A stretch of 64,000 nucleotides of DNA from Azolla caroliniana (Eukaryota; Plantae; Polypodiophyta). Under the pieces are notes generated by a model. It saw only the letters and a list, made by a program, of their open reading frames with translations. It ran no database searches and was not told the origin of the DNA. Shown piece by piece: positions 23,251 to 37,590 of the stretch. Position 1 is the stretch's first letter; each line of letters opens with the position of its first letter. The stretch is taken from positions 5,146,001 to 5,210,000 of the forward strand of contig JBHGNT010000020.1 of the NCBI GenBank assembly GCA_043228905.1. Direction: 5' to 3'. A program made the position numbers and the translations under genes.

Positions 23251-23880
23251 ATATCTAAATTTAAAAAACTCATCCACCTAAAGAAATGGACGTGATTGAC
23301 CACGACAACTCACACAAAATTAAAGGAAGAACACACATACACACAACGTCTTTGTGACGACCCAAATGATGTTATCGAAGTTTGTGAACCGATAGAACGG
23401 GAATGTTTGTGTCAATGAAGATTCACTAACCGACGGAGATGTTCGAGTCAAGCACTCTGATTGAGGGAGTCGATTGTTGATGTTACCAAAGTTCGTGAAC
23501 GACAGAACGAGAATGTTCGTGTCAATGAAGATTCGCTGACCGACAAAATGTTCAAGTCAGTCAAGCGCTCCGATCGAGGGAGTCGATCGTTGAGAGGACC
23601 GATGGAAATTCCGATCGAAGAAAGATTATGATCAAGGCATGTGGGATCGACGTGCAAGGCACTCTCCCACAGGCATGCCATATTGTGTTACCATACGAGA
23701 TGTACGGGTGATTGATAAATGTGATAAGTAAGGGTGAAAGATGTAGTGCGTTGATATGTATGTGTAATGTTATACGATTATGAGTGTGAATGTGGTGGAT
23801 ACAAAGAGGTGTGAGTGAGTGACTAGGTGTGAATGCCCAAGGGGCTTGCACCCTTGTGTATCTACTCTTTTGTAACTATT

Positions 23881-24543
23881 TGTTAGGAAACAGGTCCCTC
23901 CGGATGGGAAGTGAGAAGAACAGTACTAATGAGCAAACTCGGCCTCGGCCGAAGCCGGATGGTGAAGACCCGGTGAAAACCGGATGACGAGTACCCGGCA
24001 AGAGCCGGATGGTGAAGACCCGGTGAGAACCGGATGATGTGTGCCCGGCAAGCGTCGGATGATGCAGGCCCGGTGAGGAGTGCTCACCGAATAAGGGACA
24101 TATTCGTAAATAAGGGGGGGCTATATTTGTAAATAGACGAAAAGTCATATTAGTATAAATATGACTTAGGGCAAACAGAGAATAAGAGTTGAGTTGTTGT
24201 CATTCTTGTTTGTGCAAGAAGAGAGAGCGCGTAACAGTGTACAGAGTGAGAGAGAGAGAGGAAGAGGTCATTGCCTCTGTTGTAACCGCCGCCTGTGGCG
24301 AAGATCGTGAGCGTGAGGTCGTTGCCTCCGTGAGCTCACTGTTGTAACCATTGTGATATAGTGATAGTTTGCAGTCTGTGGGCTGCCGTGGTTTTTTCCC
24401 TAGTTTGGTTTTTTTTCCCACGTAAACATCCTGTGTACTCTTCTCTTCACTGTGTCGTGCGTTTCATTCCCCGTTTTTTTGTGTATGATTCTAAGCTCGG
24501 TTGTGGCCGAGCGTTGCGCATAGGGAGCATGTAGTTCCTATCA
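23881..24543 (+). mobile_element. Solo LTR of a Copia-A subfamily, 5-bp TSD CTATT
   Basis: TGTTAGG..CCTATCA; CTATT at 23876-23880 and 24544-24548; collinear with Copia-A LTRs. Confidence 0.93.
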
Positions 24544-24583
24544 CTATTTAACCCCTTATGGGGTATGAATGAATACAATGATC

Positions 24584-24617
<34 letters not shown>

Positions 24618-24960
24618 TCCCTAACATTGAACCCCCTTGGGAGGGGGGTGGAGCCATTCTAGGCACCACCCCCCCCCCCCCCCCCCCCTCCTTCACGGCG
24701 GAAGTTCGGGGAAGAACCAAGGTGGTGGATGAACCCGCTGCTTCATCAGCGCGATGAAGACGATTAACGCTACTTATCGGCTACGGTAAAGTCAGACAAC
24801 CCTCAATCAACCAAAAAACATTACTGAAGATGGCCTGCGTAGCGCATACGATCTCCACCATCATCGTCACACATACATTATCAATCTACCATGATTGTTA
24901 ACCCTATTCCTATCTTTATCATTATCATCATTAACCCTAACCCTAAAAACTAATAACAAA

Positions 24961-25592
24961 TCGGAGGAAACCGATTCGGAGACACTGAATCAACTGAAGG
25001 CCAAGCGGAATAAAGGGCAGCAAAAGAAGTGCCAACACCGTGATAGCAAGAGAGCTGGAAAAGGCCGCACGAGCAGACAAGCCGACCGAAAGGGTTGAGG
25101 CACGCGGAGTCGAATGGGTCGAGGAGCGCGAGCGAGGTGTAAAGTCAAGAGAAACCGGAGCATAGGACCGGAAGAGCCTCAAGTTGAGCTTGAGGGGGAG
25201 TATTGAGATACAAGCTCAACATTGGCCGGATCGATGCATAAACCGGTGCGTAAACCGGTGCGTAACAAGAGGCCGGATCGGTGCGGAAACCGGAAGGCCG
25301 TTGAATAGATCTTCTGTGAGGGAATATATTTGGGAGTTAGTGTAGGAGCTTAGTTATGAGCATTGAAGTACATGTCAGTATTTCTGTCAGTCCGTATGAA
25401 CTTGTATAAAAGTGCTCCTTGAGCACATCCTATGTATAGAGTGTTTCTACACATTATTTTGAATTCAGTTTCTTTTGTGTTTTGTCCCTCTCTGTCTCTC
25501 CCGCGTACATCGTGTCTTAAGCTCTCCATTAAACCTGTTGTTTCCTCCTATTGGCATTGTGTGCTTATAGTTTCCGCACATTACGTTTAATA
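24961..25592 (+). mobile_element. Copia-B-type 3' end: tail region, PPT (25192-25200) and LTR (25201 to about 25592)
   Basis: CTCAAGTTGAGCTTGAGGGGGAG followed by an LTR sharing ATGAGCATTGAAGTACAT and TTCCGCACA with 48790-49254. Confidence 0.8.
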
Positions 25593-25599
25593 TAGGATA

Positions 25600-25870
25600 A
25601 GATCATAAATGGATGCAAGAGCATAGCTTTGATGGCAACAAAGACAGAAAGTAAAAGACAACTAGTTTGCAAGAGAGAGAGTTAGAGTTCAATGACGTTT
25701 ATTACAACTTTTTACAAAATGAGCAACCAACCCGTAATTGGGTTACAAAGTCAGTTTATATACTGACTAACTTAGGGCAACTGCCCTTCTCACTATTTAC
25801 ATAAATAACTTAAGTCTAGTGTGTTCAAAAGGAGACAGTGTGAATATGTCCATTAGAAACCCGTATTGAA
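25600..25870 (-). repeat. LTR fragment of the Copia-C family
   Basis: AAAGTCAGTTTATATACTGAC..AGGGCAACTGCCCTTCTCACTATTTACATAAATA shared with 61190-61250. Confidence 0.75.
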
Positions 25871-25925
25871 CACGTAGAGCGGCTTGACAAGGTGCACGTA
25901 GTGTGGGAGCCAAATGTGGTAGAAG

Positions 25926-26285
25926 GTGCACGCTCCAAGGAATCGTCAGACTTCCATGACCAACCTCCACTCTTCCTTCATTGCTGAGATGGCCTCTACC
26001 TTCACCGAAGAGGGTTTCCAGCCGTATGGTCCACATAGGTGCCTGACCACCAGGATCTCTAGATGTTCGGAAGACGACTTCTCCCCGGAGAAGGTAAGCC
26101 AAGCGCCCTCAAGCCTTTGTAGTATCTTCTCACAGTCAGAGATGTGGTCTGTGACAAACGTCTTGCATTTGTCCACTCTGATTGACGCATCCTTCGTGTC
26201 TTCCGGACACCCTTTTATCAGGATGTCATCTGGAAACAACATGGTGATGTCAGGGATGTAGTCCCTCAAAACCTTGTTCATTTGT
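25926..26285 (-). pseudogene. Gypsy-B RT fragment
   Basis: MNKVLRDYIPDITMLFPDDILIKGC..TFSGEKS matches ORF 51154..51489. Confidence 0.88.
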
Positions 26286-28050
26286 TCACCAATGAGTCAA
26301 TTTTAGTTGGTTCGTCAATCCGACATCCTTTCTTAGCGCTCCTACACCTTGCTCACGCTCCTCCTCCAGTTCGATCTTGCGTACCACAACTCTCCCGGTC
26401 TGATGCTCCTCAACTCGTCTGGTTCCACACACCTTGACCTCTATGATAGGTTGTCTACTGACCCTTATCATTTTCTTCATTGCTACCGTGTAGGCGCCTC
26501 TTCACCCGTCGGCTCCTCCGTATTGGTGTCAACTTCGGTTGCCCGTCTTCCAGCGTCACCCATCGATTCGGCTCTTCCCAATCGAACATTTTGATTGAAT
26601 CGGCCGACTCCGACTCACTTAGACTCTTTACCGAATCAGCTGACTCCGATTTGTGCACTTCCAAACCCTTGACGACATTTGCCCATGTCTTTGTCTTGGT
26701 CTTTACTCGATCAGCTCTGTCCTCCTCAACTCTGCCACCGTTCTTGCCCTTCACGGCTTTTCTTCCCCTTGGTTCGCTTGGCTCTGGCCTCCCCCTGCAT
26801 CTAGCTATCCTACGATTAGACGATCTTCTTCCATCTGTCCACATGTACATGACTTCTTTGGCCCGGTTGGTCATACCGACTTCTTCAGTCGAACCGAAAT
26901 CGAATTCATCATCCGACTCGGCTTTTCGAACTTCGTCTCTCTCTTCTCCTTCTTCACTCCTCCCCTTGAAGTTTGACATGTCAATAAGTTGAAGGTCAAG
27001 CATACCCGAAAAATGCCGCAATTTGTCGAGACCAAGAGGTTTGGTGAAGATATCGGTAATCTACCGATCAATCGAAACATGCACTAGTTCAACTTCTCAA
27101 GAGAGGACGCGCTCATGGACAAAATGATAGTGAACCTCGAGGTGCTTTGTTCGGGCGTGGAAGACGGGGTTCTTCATTAACTAGGTACTACTCAGGTTGT
27201 CACAATAGATTACGGTTGGCTCGAACACCTCCACACGTAGATCTCGTAATAGCCTTTTTAGCCAAATGCTTCACAGATAGCCAAAGCCGCCCCTCGATAC
27301 TCGGCCTCCGTGCTCGACAATGCTACTATCGGTTGCTTTTTACTGCTCCATGTGATAGCTGCACTTCCCAGTGAAAATGCATAGCCAAATGTTCATCTGC
27401 AATCAACCGCATTTCCGGCCCAATCGACATTCATGTAGCTGACTAACTGCTCGACTACTCCTGCCCGATATAACAACTCTATGTTTGTAGTGCCGTTGAC
27501 ATACCGCAATATCCTTTGCATGCACTGAAGGTGTTCGGTCTTGGGCTGCGACATGAATTGACTAATCAAGCTGACCGGGTAACTAAGGTCTGGACGAGTA
27601 ATCGTCAAGGAAATGAGGCTTCCGACAATCTGTTGGAACTGTGTCGGGTCACACGCCTTTTCCGAATCTCGGTGAAGCTTCAAATTTCTGTCCAGAGGGG
27701 TGGAGACGGATTTACAATCCGCCATCCCGAACTTGAAGAGCATATTCAACATGTAGTGACGTTGGCTAATCAATATGCCTTCGGGGGCACGGATCACTTC
27801 GATCTCGAGGAAGTAATGAAGGTCTCCAAGATCCTTCATTTTGAATGATGCCACAAGCTGACACTTTACGTGGTGGATTTTGCTAAGGTCAGCTCTGGTG
27901 ATGATTAAATCATCAACATAAAGCAAAATGCTTATCGGTCTAGTCCGACTTCACTATGATCTGACACGGCACAACCGATATCGTACTCCTGCATCTTCTT
28001 CTTTTCCTTCTCCTTGCACGTAAACCTTCTCTTCGGTTCCTTCTCTATCT
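26286..28050 (-). pseudogene. Copia-B RT/RNase H/tail fragment with internal deletions
   Basis: LYVDDLII..MKDLGDLHYFL..TRPDLSYPV; closely similar to 29520-31130. Confidence 0.9.
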
Positions 28051-28074
28051 TAGTACTGTTCGGGACAGTACATC

Positions 28075-29030
28075 TCTGTCTTAGTACTGCTCTTGAAAAA
28101 GGCTTTCTCGTGCCTTCCGAGCATCCTTTGAAACCGGTCTTCCTCCGTGGGCAGTAGGAAGCCGTCCCCCCCGATCTTGAGCTCCCGTAACGTCGCATCG
28201 GTGAACTGGGGTCCTATGCCGGTTGGATCTCGTACATTTGGGTCAGTCAAAACCCCTTTGATCCCCTCCCAACTGTCCTTCGGCAAGGGAGCCGCAACTG
28301 GCCTCACCTTCCAGTCCATAGTCTTGTACTTGGTGTCTACTCGGGTAGTCCGATCCGACCCAATCGTCTTCCCGAAGTCCGCAATGACCTCGTACATCTC
28401 AACGGAACTTACCGGCACATTCCGGTAATTGCTGAGATCCTCTTCGACTATCTTCTCGATCTTCCCGAGAGTGTCATCGAATGAGACCACCTCCATGACG
28501 CCGCTGATCTCGTTGTCGGAGCCTAAGGCGCCACATGCCTTCAAGAGTCCTTCGACTTGTTTCTTCTCCCGGCCACCGATGTTGGTTATGGTACACCCTC
28601 CATTAGCAGAGGGCCAAAATTTTCTACTTGTGGTACAAGTGTGGGGATTCTTCCGGTTGTCCAGACTATCGCGGCCCCACACCTTGATAGTCCTCTCCAA
28701 AAGTCCTCTCGGGCCTTGCCGCTGAGAGAATCTCGGTTTTCTTCATGGTTCGGTCGGACCGTCAGAAACTGGACGGAGAGCTTCCTGTCCTAGCTCTTCA
28801 CCCGCGCGTAGGCGGAACCGTTGTCCAGGACTTTGGTCTCCATACAAGCCGCCATAATGTAAGGTTCATCGAGAATCACCGGATGGTAGGATGTTTCTTG
28901 CACGAAGAAGTGATGGTCGATCTTGACATCCCCGACCTTTACTCGGACGTTCAAGCACGCCCCGTCCGTGTAGCTCCTTTGTGGCTTGGGTCGTCGCACG
29001 TATCTTCCACCTGTGCTTGGTATTGATCGG
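28075..29030 (-). pseudogene. Gypsy-B protease C-half and PR-RT linker (N-terminal part at 34951-36270)
   Basis: TKYKTMDWKVRPVAAPLP..FLLPTEEDRFQRMLGRHEKAF matches ORF 50344; joins the protease across the Copia-B insertion. Confidence 0.85.
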
Positions 29031-32000
29031 TGTAAAAGAATAAAATGTGCGGAAGCATGCATAAAAGACACAGAGAATACAGTTGATGTTCGGAAACACG
29101 ACAGTTCGGTAAATGCAAGGAACACAGAAAATGAGAGAGAGAGGGAGAGAGAGAGAGAGAGAGAGAGCAGACACAAATTATGTTAAGAGGACTAACACTC
29201 TATACATACTTAGTGCTTAGTGAGCACTTTTTTTACATGCCCTGATGAGTGGGCTGACACAAGTACAATTAGTACTTGAATGCTCGTTAATGAGCTTGAC
29301 ATTAATTCTGTGTACAATATTCCTATTTATTGTAGTAGGAATATAGTCTATTAAGGGCCTACCCAAGTCCCTCATCACACGACTCTCGTTTCTCGGTCCT
29401 ATGACTGATTTGGGTCTCCCCGATTGGTCTTCAACAGATTTGGTTCTCGGCTTCTTCAACCGCTCGAGCCGAGTTGAGCTTGCTCGCCCAACACTCCACC
29501 TCAAGCTCAACTTGAGGTCCCACCGTGTCAACTTCAGCTGGTTCGTCACTCCAACGTCCTTTCCTAGCGCTCCTCGTCCAGTTCGATCTTGCGTACCATG
29601 ACTCTTCCGATCCGACACTCCTCGACTCATCTAGTTCCGCGCACCTCGACCTCTACGATCGGCTTGTCTGCTATCCTAGCCCTTATCAACTTCTTCGTTG
29701 CTACCGTGTAGGCGCCTCTTGACCCGTCGACTCCTTCATATTGGTGTCAACTTCGGCTGCCCTTCTTCCAGCGTCACCCATCGATTCGACTCTTCCCAAT
29801 AGAACATTTTGATTGAATCGGCCGACTCCGATTCGTCCACTTCCAGACCCTTGACGATATCTGCCCATGTCTAGGTTTTGGTCTTTACTCGGTCAACTCT
29901 GTCCTCCTCGACTCTGCCACCGTTCTTGCCCTTCACGACTTTCTTCCCCTTGGTTCGGTTGGCTCTGGCCTCCCCTTGCATTTGGCTATCCTACGATTAG
30001 AAGATCTTCTTCCATCTGTCCACATGTCCATGACTTCTTTGGCCTGGTTGGTTATAACAACTTCTTCAGTCGAACTGAAATCGAATTCATCATCCGACTC
30101 AGTTTCTGAACTTCGTCTCTCTCTTCTCCTTCTTCACTCCTCCCCCTCAAGTTAGACATATCGATAAGTTGGAGGTCAACCATACCCGAAAAATGCCACA
30201 ATTTGTCGAGACCGAGAGGTTTGGTGAAGATATCGGTAACCTGTCGATCAGTCGGAACATGCACTAGTCTGACTTCTCTAGAGAGGCTCATGGACAAAAT
30301 GATAGTACACCTCAAGGTGCTTTGTCCAGGCGTGGAAGACGAGGTTCTTCGTTAACTGGATACTACCGAGGCTGTCACAAAAGATTACGGTTGGCTAGGA
30401 CACCTCCACACGTAGATCCCGCATATAGCCTTTTCAGCCAAATGACTTCGCACGTAGCGTCAACCGCCCCCCGATACTCGGCCTCCGTCCTCGACAGTGC
30501 CAATATTGGCTACTTTTTACTAATCCATGCGATCGCCACACTTCCTAGTGAAAGTGCATAGCCGGTTGTTGATCTGTGATCGCCGGCATTTCCAGCCCAA
30601 TTGACATCCGTGTAGCTGACTAACTACTTGGCTACTCTTGCCGGATATAGCAACACCATGTTCGTAGTGCCGCTGACATACCGCAATATCCTTTGCGCGC
30701 ATTGAAGGTGTTCGGTCTTGAGCCGCGACATGAATTGACTGATCAAGCCAACCGGGTAACTAAGGTCCGGACGAGTGATCATGAAGGAAATGAGGTTTCT
30801 GACAATATGTCGGAACTGTTTCGGGTCAAACACCTTTCCCGAATCTCAATGAAGCTTCACTTTTCTATCCAGAGGGGTCGAGACGGATATACAATCCGCC
30901 ATCCCAAACTTGAAGAGCATATTCAGCACGTAGTGGCATTGGCTGATCAATATGCCTTCGGGGGCACAGATAACTTCGATCTTGAGAAAGTAATGAAGGT
31001 CTCCAAGATCCTTCATTTTGAATGATGCCACAAGCTGACACTTTACGTGGTGGATTTTGCTAAGGTCAGCTCCGGTGATGATTAAAGCATCAACATAAAG
31101 CATAATGCTTATCGGTCCAGTCCGACTTAGCCAAATGAACAATGAAGAGTTTGACTTGGATGGAGCAAACCCCATTCTACACAATCGTTGCGTGATTTTT
31201 GCATTCCAGGTACGCAGAGCTTTCTTAAGTCCGTATAATGACTTCTTTAATCGGCAAACTGCCGAGGTTTTTCGTCTAGATAGAAATCCGGGGGGTTGTA
31301 TCATGTCCACTTGTTCCTCAAGATCGCCTTGCATGAACGTATTCTTTACATCCATTTGATGTAAGTGCCACTCCTTCACCGTTGCTACAGCCAGTAAGTA
31401 GTACACGGACAATTGTCATCTTCGCGATAAGCACGAAGGTCTCGTCGTAATGGATGTCGTGCTTCTGCGCATAGCCCTTTGCCACTAACCGGGCCTTGTA
31501 TCGGTCGACCGAGCTGTCGGTGTTGTACTTCATCTTGTACACCCATCTGCATCCGATCGGCTTTACAAATTTAAGTTCCAAGTCTCATTATCTAATAATG
31601 CTCGCATCTCTTCCTCCATCATGGCATGCCAATTAGCGTCTTTTGCTGCTTTTGTGTAGCTCTCTGGCTCACGCACTTCGGCCACTTTCGCCATATACGC
31701 ATAATGATGCACCATATACTCATTATACCCGTATCTCTTTATGGGGTTGTTCAAGCGGGTGGATTGGCATAATTCTTTATTCGTTGATTTCACGGCCTTC
31801 TCAACCGATTTCGACCTCTTACTCAAAGGTTCCTTTTCGATTGGTTCAGAGTCAGATTCACTACAATTTGACAAGGCACGAATGGTATCGTACTCCCGCA
31901 TCTTCTTCTTTCCCTTCTCCTTGCGTGTAAACCGTCTCCTTGGTTCCTTGCGCAGGGAGTGCACGGTCGAGTCTTCACTACTCACCGTCTCTTCACTCCG

Positions 32001-34950
32001 CTGACCATCTTGGCTCAGCCCCTCATTCAGCCCACTTAGCCGAAATGAGATCGGACTCTCTCTTAGAGCTTTGATTTCATTACTACGCGGAGGCATTTCG
32101 GCTACAATGGCGTCATCCTCAGAATTCGGAATGGACTACATGGGGGTAGGTGGTGAAGGCAAGTACCACGAGGCTAACTCATTGAACACGACATCTCGGC
32201 TCACTCGGGCTTCTTCCGTTAGGGGGTTATAACATTATACCCTTTTTTCTCATCCGAGTAGACGACCATGATACACTTTTTGGCTTTTGCGTCTAACTTC
32301 CTTCGTTTCTCCTTCGGCACATCTACATACGCTATGTTGCAGAAAACCCTTAAGTGTGCCAATTTTGGCTTCTTTTTGAAGTACGACTCATGTGGCGACA
32401 CTTCACCATTTGCAGAAGTCCGATTCTATAGGTAAACAACCGTCTTCATGGCTTTGGCCCAATAAAATTTCGGCATATGCTTCTCTTCGAGCATTGCCCT
32501 AGTCGCTTCTTTGATTGTCCGATTCTTCCGCTTGGCCACACAGTTTTGCTGTGCCATGTATCTGCAGGAGAATTCACGCTGAATTCCTTCCTTTTGTATA
32601 TAACTCGACAACTAGTCGGAGAAGTACTCCGTTCTGTCATCGGTCTTGAGACATTTGACTTTACGGCCTGTCTCCCATTCGACAAGGCTCTTCTCCTTCA
32701 AGAAACAAGAGAAGACTTCTCTTTTCTTCTCTACCGTGCATGCCTAAGTATGCCGAGTGAAACTATTGATGAAAGTTACAAAATATCAGCTTCCACCGAG
32801 ATTCACGTTTTGTGTTGGTCCCATCCGAATGGATTAAATCGATTTTGTTTCAACTCCAATTTCTTTCATTTGGGAACGGAAGTCAGTGATACTTCCCTAG
32901 TTAGCAAGCTTCACAGACTTGGCTGTTTCAGCCACTGAATTTCGGCAAGCCAAAAACAATGTTTTTCGTCTGCATCTCTCGAAGCCGTGGGAAGTTGACA
33001 TGGCCGAACCACTTGTCCCATAGGTCGATATACAATTCGACCTCTTGCCCTTTTGCAAACATAGTAGTGCCTACATCATTGGTCTCGAGGATGAACATCC
33101 TCCCTTCTCAGCACCCTTGAGCGATTATCTTGCCTTCCTCTTCTATGAAGCACCCGAGATGAGTAAATAGAATTTGCATGCCTTGGTTGACTATCTGTCC
33201 GACCGACACCAAATTTTTGGTGATTGTCGGCACATGCAAGACATTTCTCATGATTCCCTTCTGGACGACATGGCTGAGGGGGACATCTCCAATGTGTTCA
33301 ATGGGGTGAGGGGTGTAGTCACCAATTTCGACGACCTCCCGCTGGTCCAACTTTTCCAGAATCGAGAACCACTCTTGGTGATTCGTCATGTGGTTTGATG
33401 CCCCAGAATCCACATACCATACCTCGTTCGACCTCAAGGTATTAACCACCATCGAGTTGGCTTTGTGCTTCATGATGAAGGCGGGTAGTGCAATCTCTAA
33501 TGCCTATCTACATCTCCTCGGCTCGATCTGGCCTTGTCCGAATTGGCTCGTTTCTTCCAGCACTCGCTCTCTCGGTGGCCCTTCTTGCCACAGTACCAAC
33601 AGTCCGATGCAGCTTTCCCTTGCCGACTCCCGCCACCGCCGCCTTGGTTCCCCCTATTTGCGGAGTGTCCAGATTGGTGTTGTCATTCCGATTATGCCGT
33701 AAATTCTGCTCTTGTCGGCCGCCTCCATTGTGTGCCGACCCGCCTCATCCACCACGATCACGGGGCGTCTCTACCTCCGTATACAACATTTTGTTGTCAG
33801 TGTGTGTTCTCATCGACGCACCCACGTGGTTTTCTTCTAGGAGCAACATTGATTGAAGCTCGAAAAATGATGATGTATTCTCCCTTGTGCGGACCACCGT
33901 TCGGAATACTCCGAACTTAGACGACGTAACCCTCCAAAGCAAACCTGAACCATTTCATCCTCCTCGACGTTCACGTTGATAGAGGCGAGAGAGTTGCAAA
34001 TCTCCTTGATTCGGGCTGTATAATCGGCCACAGGCAGATCTTTCTGCCAAACATTGCTTAGCTCTTGCATAATCTATAGCTTCCTGGCCATCATGCTAGT
34101 TACGAAAATCCTTTTGAGATTCACCCACGCGTCTTTTGGTGTCTTGGCATCCCATATATAGCTCAAGAGCTGATCACTCTCATAGTATGCAAAACAGTAG
34201 AGAACTATGCTTGCCGCCTATTCCCATGCTGGGAAGTCTCTATGTGTCGATTCGGGTGCTACATCATTAGCTCCTTCGACATAACTCCAGTAGCCATGGA
34301 CAAGCAAGTACTGGTGCATCTTGAACGACCAAGATACGTAGTTGCTCCTATTGAGCTTTTCAGTCGGAAGCGAGCTTCCCATTCCTCTGTCTATATTTTT
34401 GTCATATCTTTTTCGAAAGCGAGAAAACTTGACTCTGTCTTGATTGCTTGCTTTTCTATCAACTGCAGAGGAATCTCAACCATCGCGCTTTGATACCATG
34501 TAAAAGAATACGATGTGCGGAAGCGTGCGTAAAAGACATAGAGAATATAGTTGATGTTCGAAAACAAGACAGTTCGGTAAATGCAAAGAACACAGAGAAT
34601 GATAGAGAGAGAGAGAGAAAGAGCAAACACAAAATTATATTAAGAGGAATAACGCTCTATACATACTTAGTGTTTAGTGAGCACGTTTTATACAAGCCTT
34701 GACGGGTGGGATGAAACAAATACCGTTAGTACTTGAATGCTCATAAATGAGCGTGACACTAATTCTGCGTACAATATACCTATTTACTGCACTAGGAATA
34801 TAGTCTATTAACGGCCTACCTGAGTCCCTCACCACACGGCTCTTTTTTCTCGATTCTGCAGCCGATTTGGGTCTCCCCAATCGGTCTTCAACTGATTTGG
34901 TTCTTGGTTTCTTCAACCACTCGACCTAAGTTGAGCTTGCTCGCTCAACA
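29031..34950 (-). mobile_element. Full-length degenerate Copia-B element; 3' LTR 29031-29493, 5' LTR 34499-34950, TSD ATCGG/ATCAG (1 mismatch)
   Basis: PBS TGGTATCAAAG (34488-34498, -); WYVDSGASNHMT; RYKARLVAKGY; YGLKKALRTW; PPT GAGGTGGAG. Confidence 0.93.
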
Positions 34951-36270
34951 ATCAGCCACCAGCCCTTCTTGTAGAAGTCCATCGACATCATATTGATTTC
35001 CGATCCGTCGTCGATCAGTGCCACCACCAGCTCCTTCACATCCCCAATTCGGACAAGGGTTTTTGTCGTCGCTCTGGCCTAGTGTGGGTTCATGTAGTGG
35101 CTCTCCAGGAACTCCTCTTCCATCGCCACCTCATCGATGTGGGGCGCCTTTACTTCGACCGACTTCTCTAGCTCTAGCTTTGTCGAGAATCGTGGAATTC
35201 CTTCTTTGCGATCCCTAGAACCTCCCTATATGAGAGTTCCACCTTGCTGTCAAGGATTCGTTCCTCCAAGACCTTCTATAGGTCTATCGCTCTCTCGATC
35301 TCCGAGCTCAACCAGAAGCTCGATAATTTCTCCTTCTCCTACGAGCCGGTCGGACCTCCGTCATTTTTGTTCAGACTGCTCCAAGTCTCATATCGGTTCA
35401 AAGGCCTGTCTTCATTGTATTTTCTGGCCCTCATGTCTTCTACCAAGACCTCGTAGTTTTGGCATGCGCCTTCCGCAAAGCCGGTTTTCTCCTCCATCGG
35501 ATCGTTCCATCCGGTGCACTCTTGGTTCTACCTCTCCACTCGGTCCGCCACTTCGTTTTGTACCCTCACCCCCGAGAGGCCTTCTAGTACTAGCGGCCAA
35601 AATCCGGTATTGCTTTTAGATACGACACCCTTCTCTCCGCTTACCTGGATCCCTGCCGACACCGAGTAGTGGATGACCTCAGCATTCAGGGCCGCGACTT
35701 CCTCCATTATCCTCTTCAGGCCGCCTCGTCTAGTGTTCACTCCGAGGGGCCTTCGTGTATCGCACGCATGTACCTGTCCATTCGATAGGTACACGATATT
35801 TTTCTTGAGTGCTTCGGCGAAATCAACGCACTCTCTTCGGATGTGGTTGACGGTATCGCACCACATGCATTGCTAATCTACCAGAGGACTCCAGTCACTC
35901 GATTGTCCCCCGCCATCTCTCCGAGCTTGCGCAATCTAGATATCGTGCACCATCTTCATCAACTCCTCTAGAGTTGCGCCCCCAGATGGGCCCTTGACCA
36001 CGTCGGTCAGAATCGTGCACAACTAGACCTTCATGTCTCTTTTGTCCACACTGGAATCGGTCCCTCTGGCTTCTTCCCCGCACCCGGGCCGATCGTCGAT
36101 TGTCAGAACGGCTATAGACCCTCTTTACCACGGCCCAATCGGTCGTAAGCCCTGAATCTGTCTCCAACAGGAGACCCACCTTTTCTCAATCGAATGGATC
36201 GACCAACTTGATAAACAATAAGACCTTGCTCGTGCCGAGCACATTTAGGTCCAGCGCCGAGAGCCACGCG
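34951..36270 (-). pseudogene. Gypsy-B gag C-part and protease N-half
   Basis: CMWCDTVNHIRREC knuckle; VVALIDDGSEINMMS protease active site; KVLLFIKLVD..GLTTDW gag motif. Confidence 0.82.
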
Positions 36271-37130
36271 AATCATGCCTTCTTCAAGGTCAATCAGATA
36301 GTCGTAGATCTGGTGTTCAGGCAAACGATCTGCATTACGTTTCTCAAATACATTGGAGAAGTCTTTATACTTGTAGGGAATAACATGGAGTGTGTTAGAA
36401 ATGGCTCCACAAACGACGAGTGGGTTATGAACTAAGGCATAAACGACCCCATTTTGGACCAAGGGTGGGGTGGTTGAGTACGAATTGGCCTTCTCTGGAG
36501 GATGTGAAACTGAATTGGCCTTCATATTTGTGCGCGAGCGTCCTAGTTCGCTAAATGTGATCGAGCGATTGCACCAATCCACTATTGGATTATGCGCCTC
36601 CAACCATGATAGTCCTAAAACGATCGGATGGCAAGGAGATGCAATAAGGTAAAAGGGGAGCTCCTCTTGGTGGGAGCCCATACGAAGCCCTAATAGGATT
36701 GTAGTCTAGGTAATTGCACCTGATGAGAGGACGCACCCGTCGATGGCTTCAACAGGAATGGGTTTTGAGAGGCAAACAATGGGTACCCCATGTGGTCAGG
36801 CAAATGCGACATCGATGAAGAAAGAACAAGCTCCAAAATCAAGTAAAATGACTGAGTGAATGGAATTGGAATTAAAAGAAAGGCATACCTCCAATGTGAA
36901 ATTGCCTAATGTTACAGCAATGGAACCAAGAAAATGTAGGTAACGGGAGATGTCCAGTTGCATGGCTCCTACTACAACCAGACGATGTCATTTTCCAAAT
37001 GTTGGGGTATGTTGGATTGATGGAATTGTGGGCGATTACTCCTAGGACAATGGCATAAGAGATGACCGGAGGCACTACAATACATGCACAAGCCATTAGC
37101 CTACCGATATTGTTGTTTGGTACTAGTCAA
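36271..37130 (-). pseudogene. Chromovirus/Tcn1-like Gypsy gag-protease fragment
   Basis: CMYCSASGHLLCHC knuckle; LLDFGACSFFID; IVLGLSWLEAHNPIVDW; YKDFSNVFEKRNADRLPEHQIYDYLIDLEEG. Confidence 0.75.
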
Positions 37131-37590
37131 TGGTGTCGTGTGATTCTTCACACACTATGTAAAAAAAGAAAAGAATAATAATAATGAAATATTTAATTTA
37201 TAGTAGCTTAATGGCTTGTTATAGAAAGATGACCGCCTCCAAGAGTTTCCAAATGCATTTTATTACATATAAAATGGATGAGTACATATTAAGTTATGTA
37301 ACTATAAAGCTTAGGAGGATGAGGGAATACTAGAATGTTAAGATATCCCACATAGATAGGAAACTTTAGGATCTAGCTATATAAGCATATTGAGAACCAT
37401 TAGTTTTTATCTATGTGTTGAGAACACAAAAAGAATGGTTGGACTTGGACCAATTTGTCTACATGGACAAATGTGGCTAGGGAACCGGCAATCAGAAATT
37501 GGACGGAGTTGGCAACCGGAAATTGGACGGAGCCGGCAACCGAATAGAACCAACGACTAGATGGAACCGGAGTCGGAACTGGACGGCGAC

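Noticed and set aside
1347-34955. Two Copia insertions both landing just downstream of Gypsy protease active sites (1351 and 34951)
   Set aside because: Two events among many insertions, in different families and target sequences; chance is sufficient
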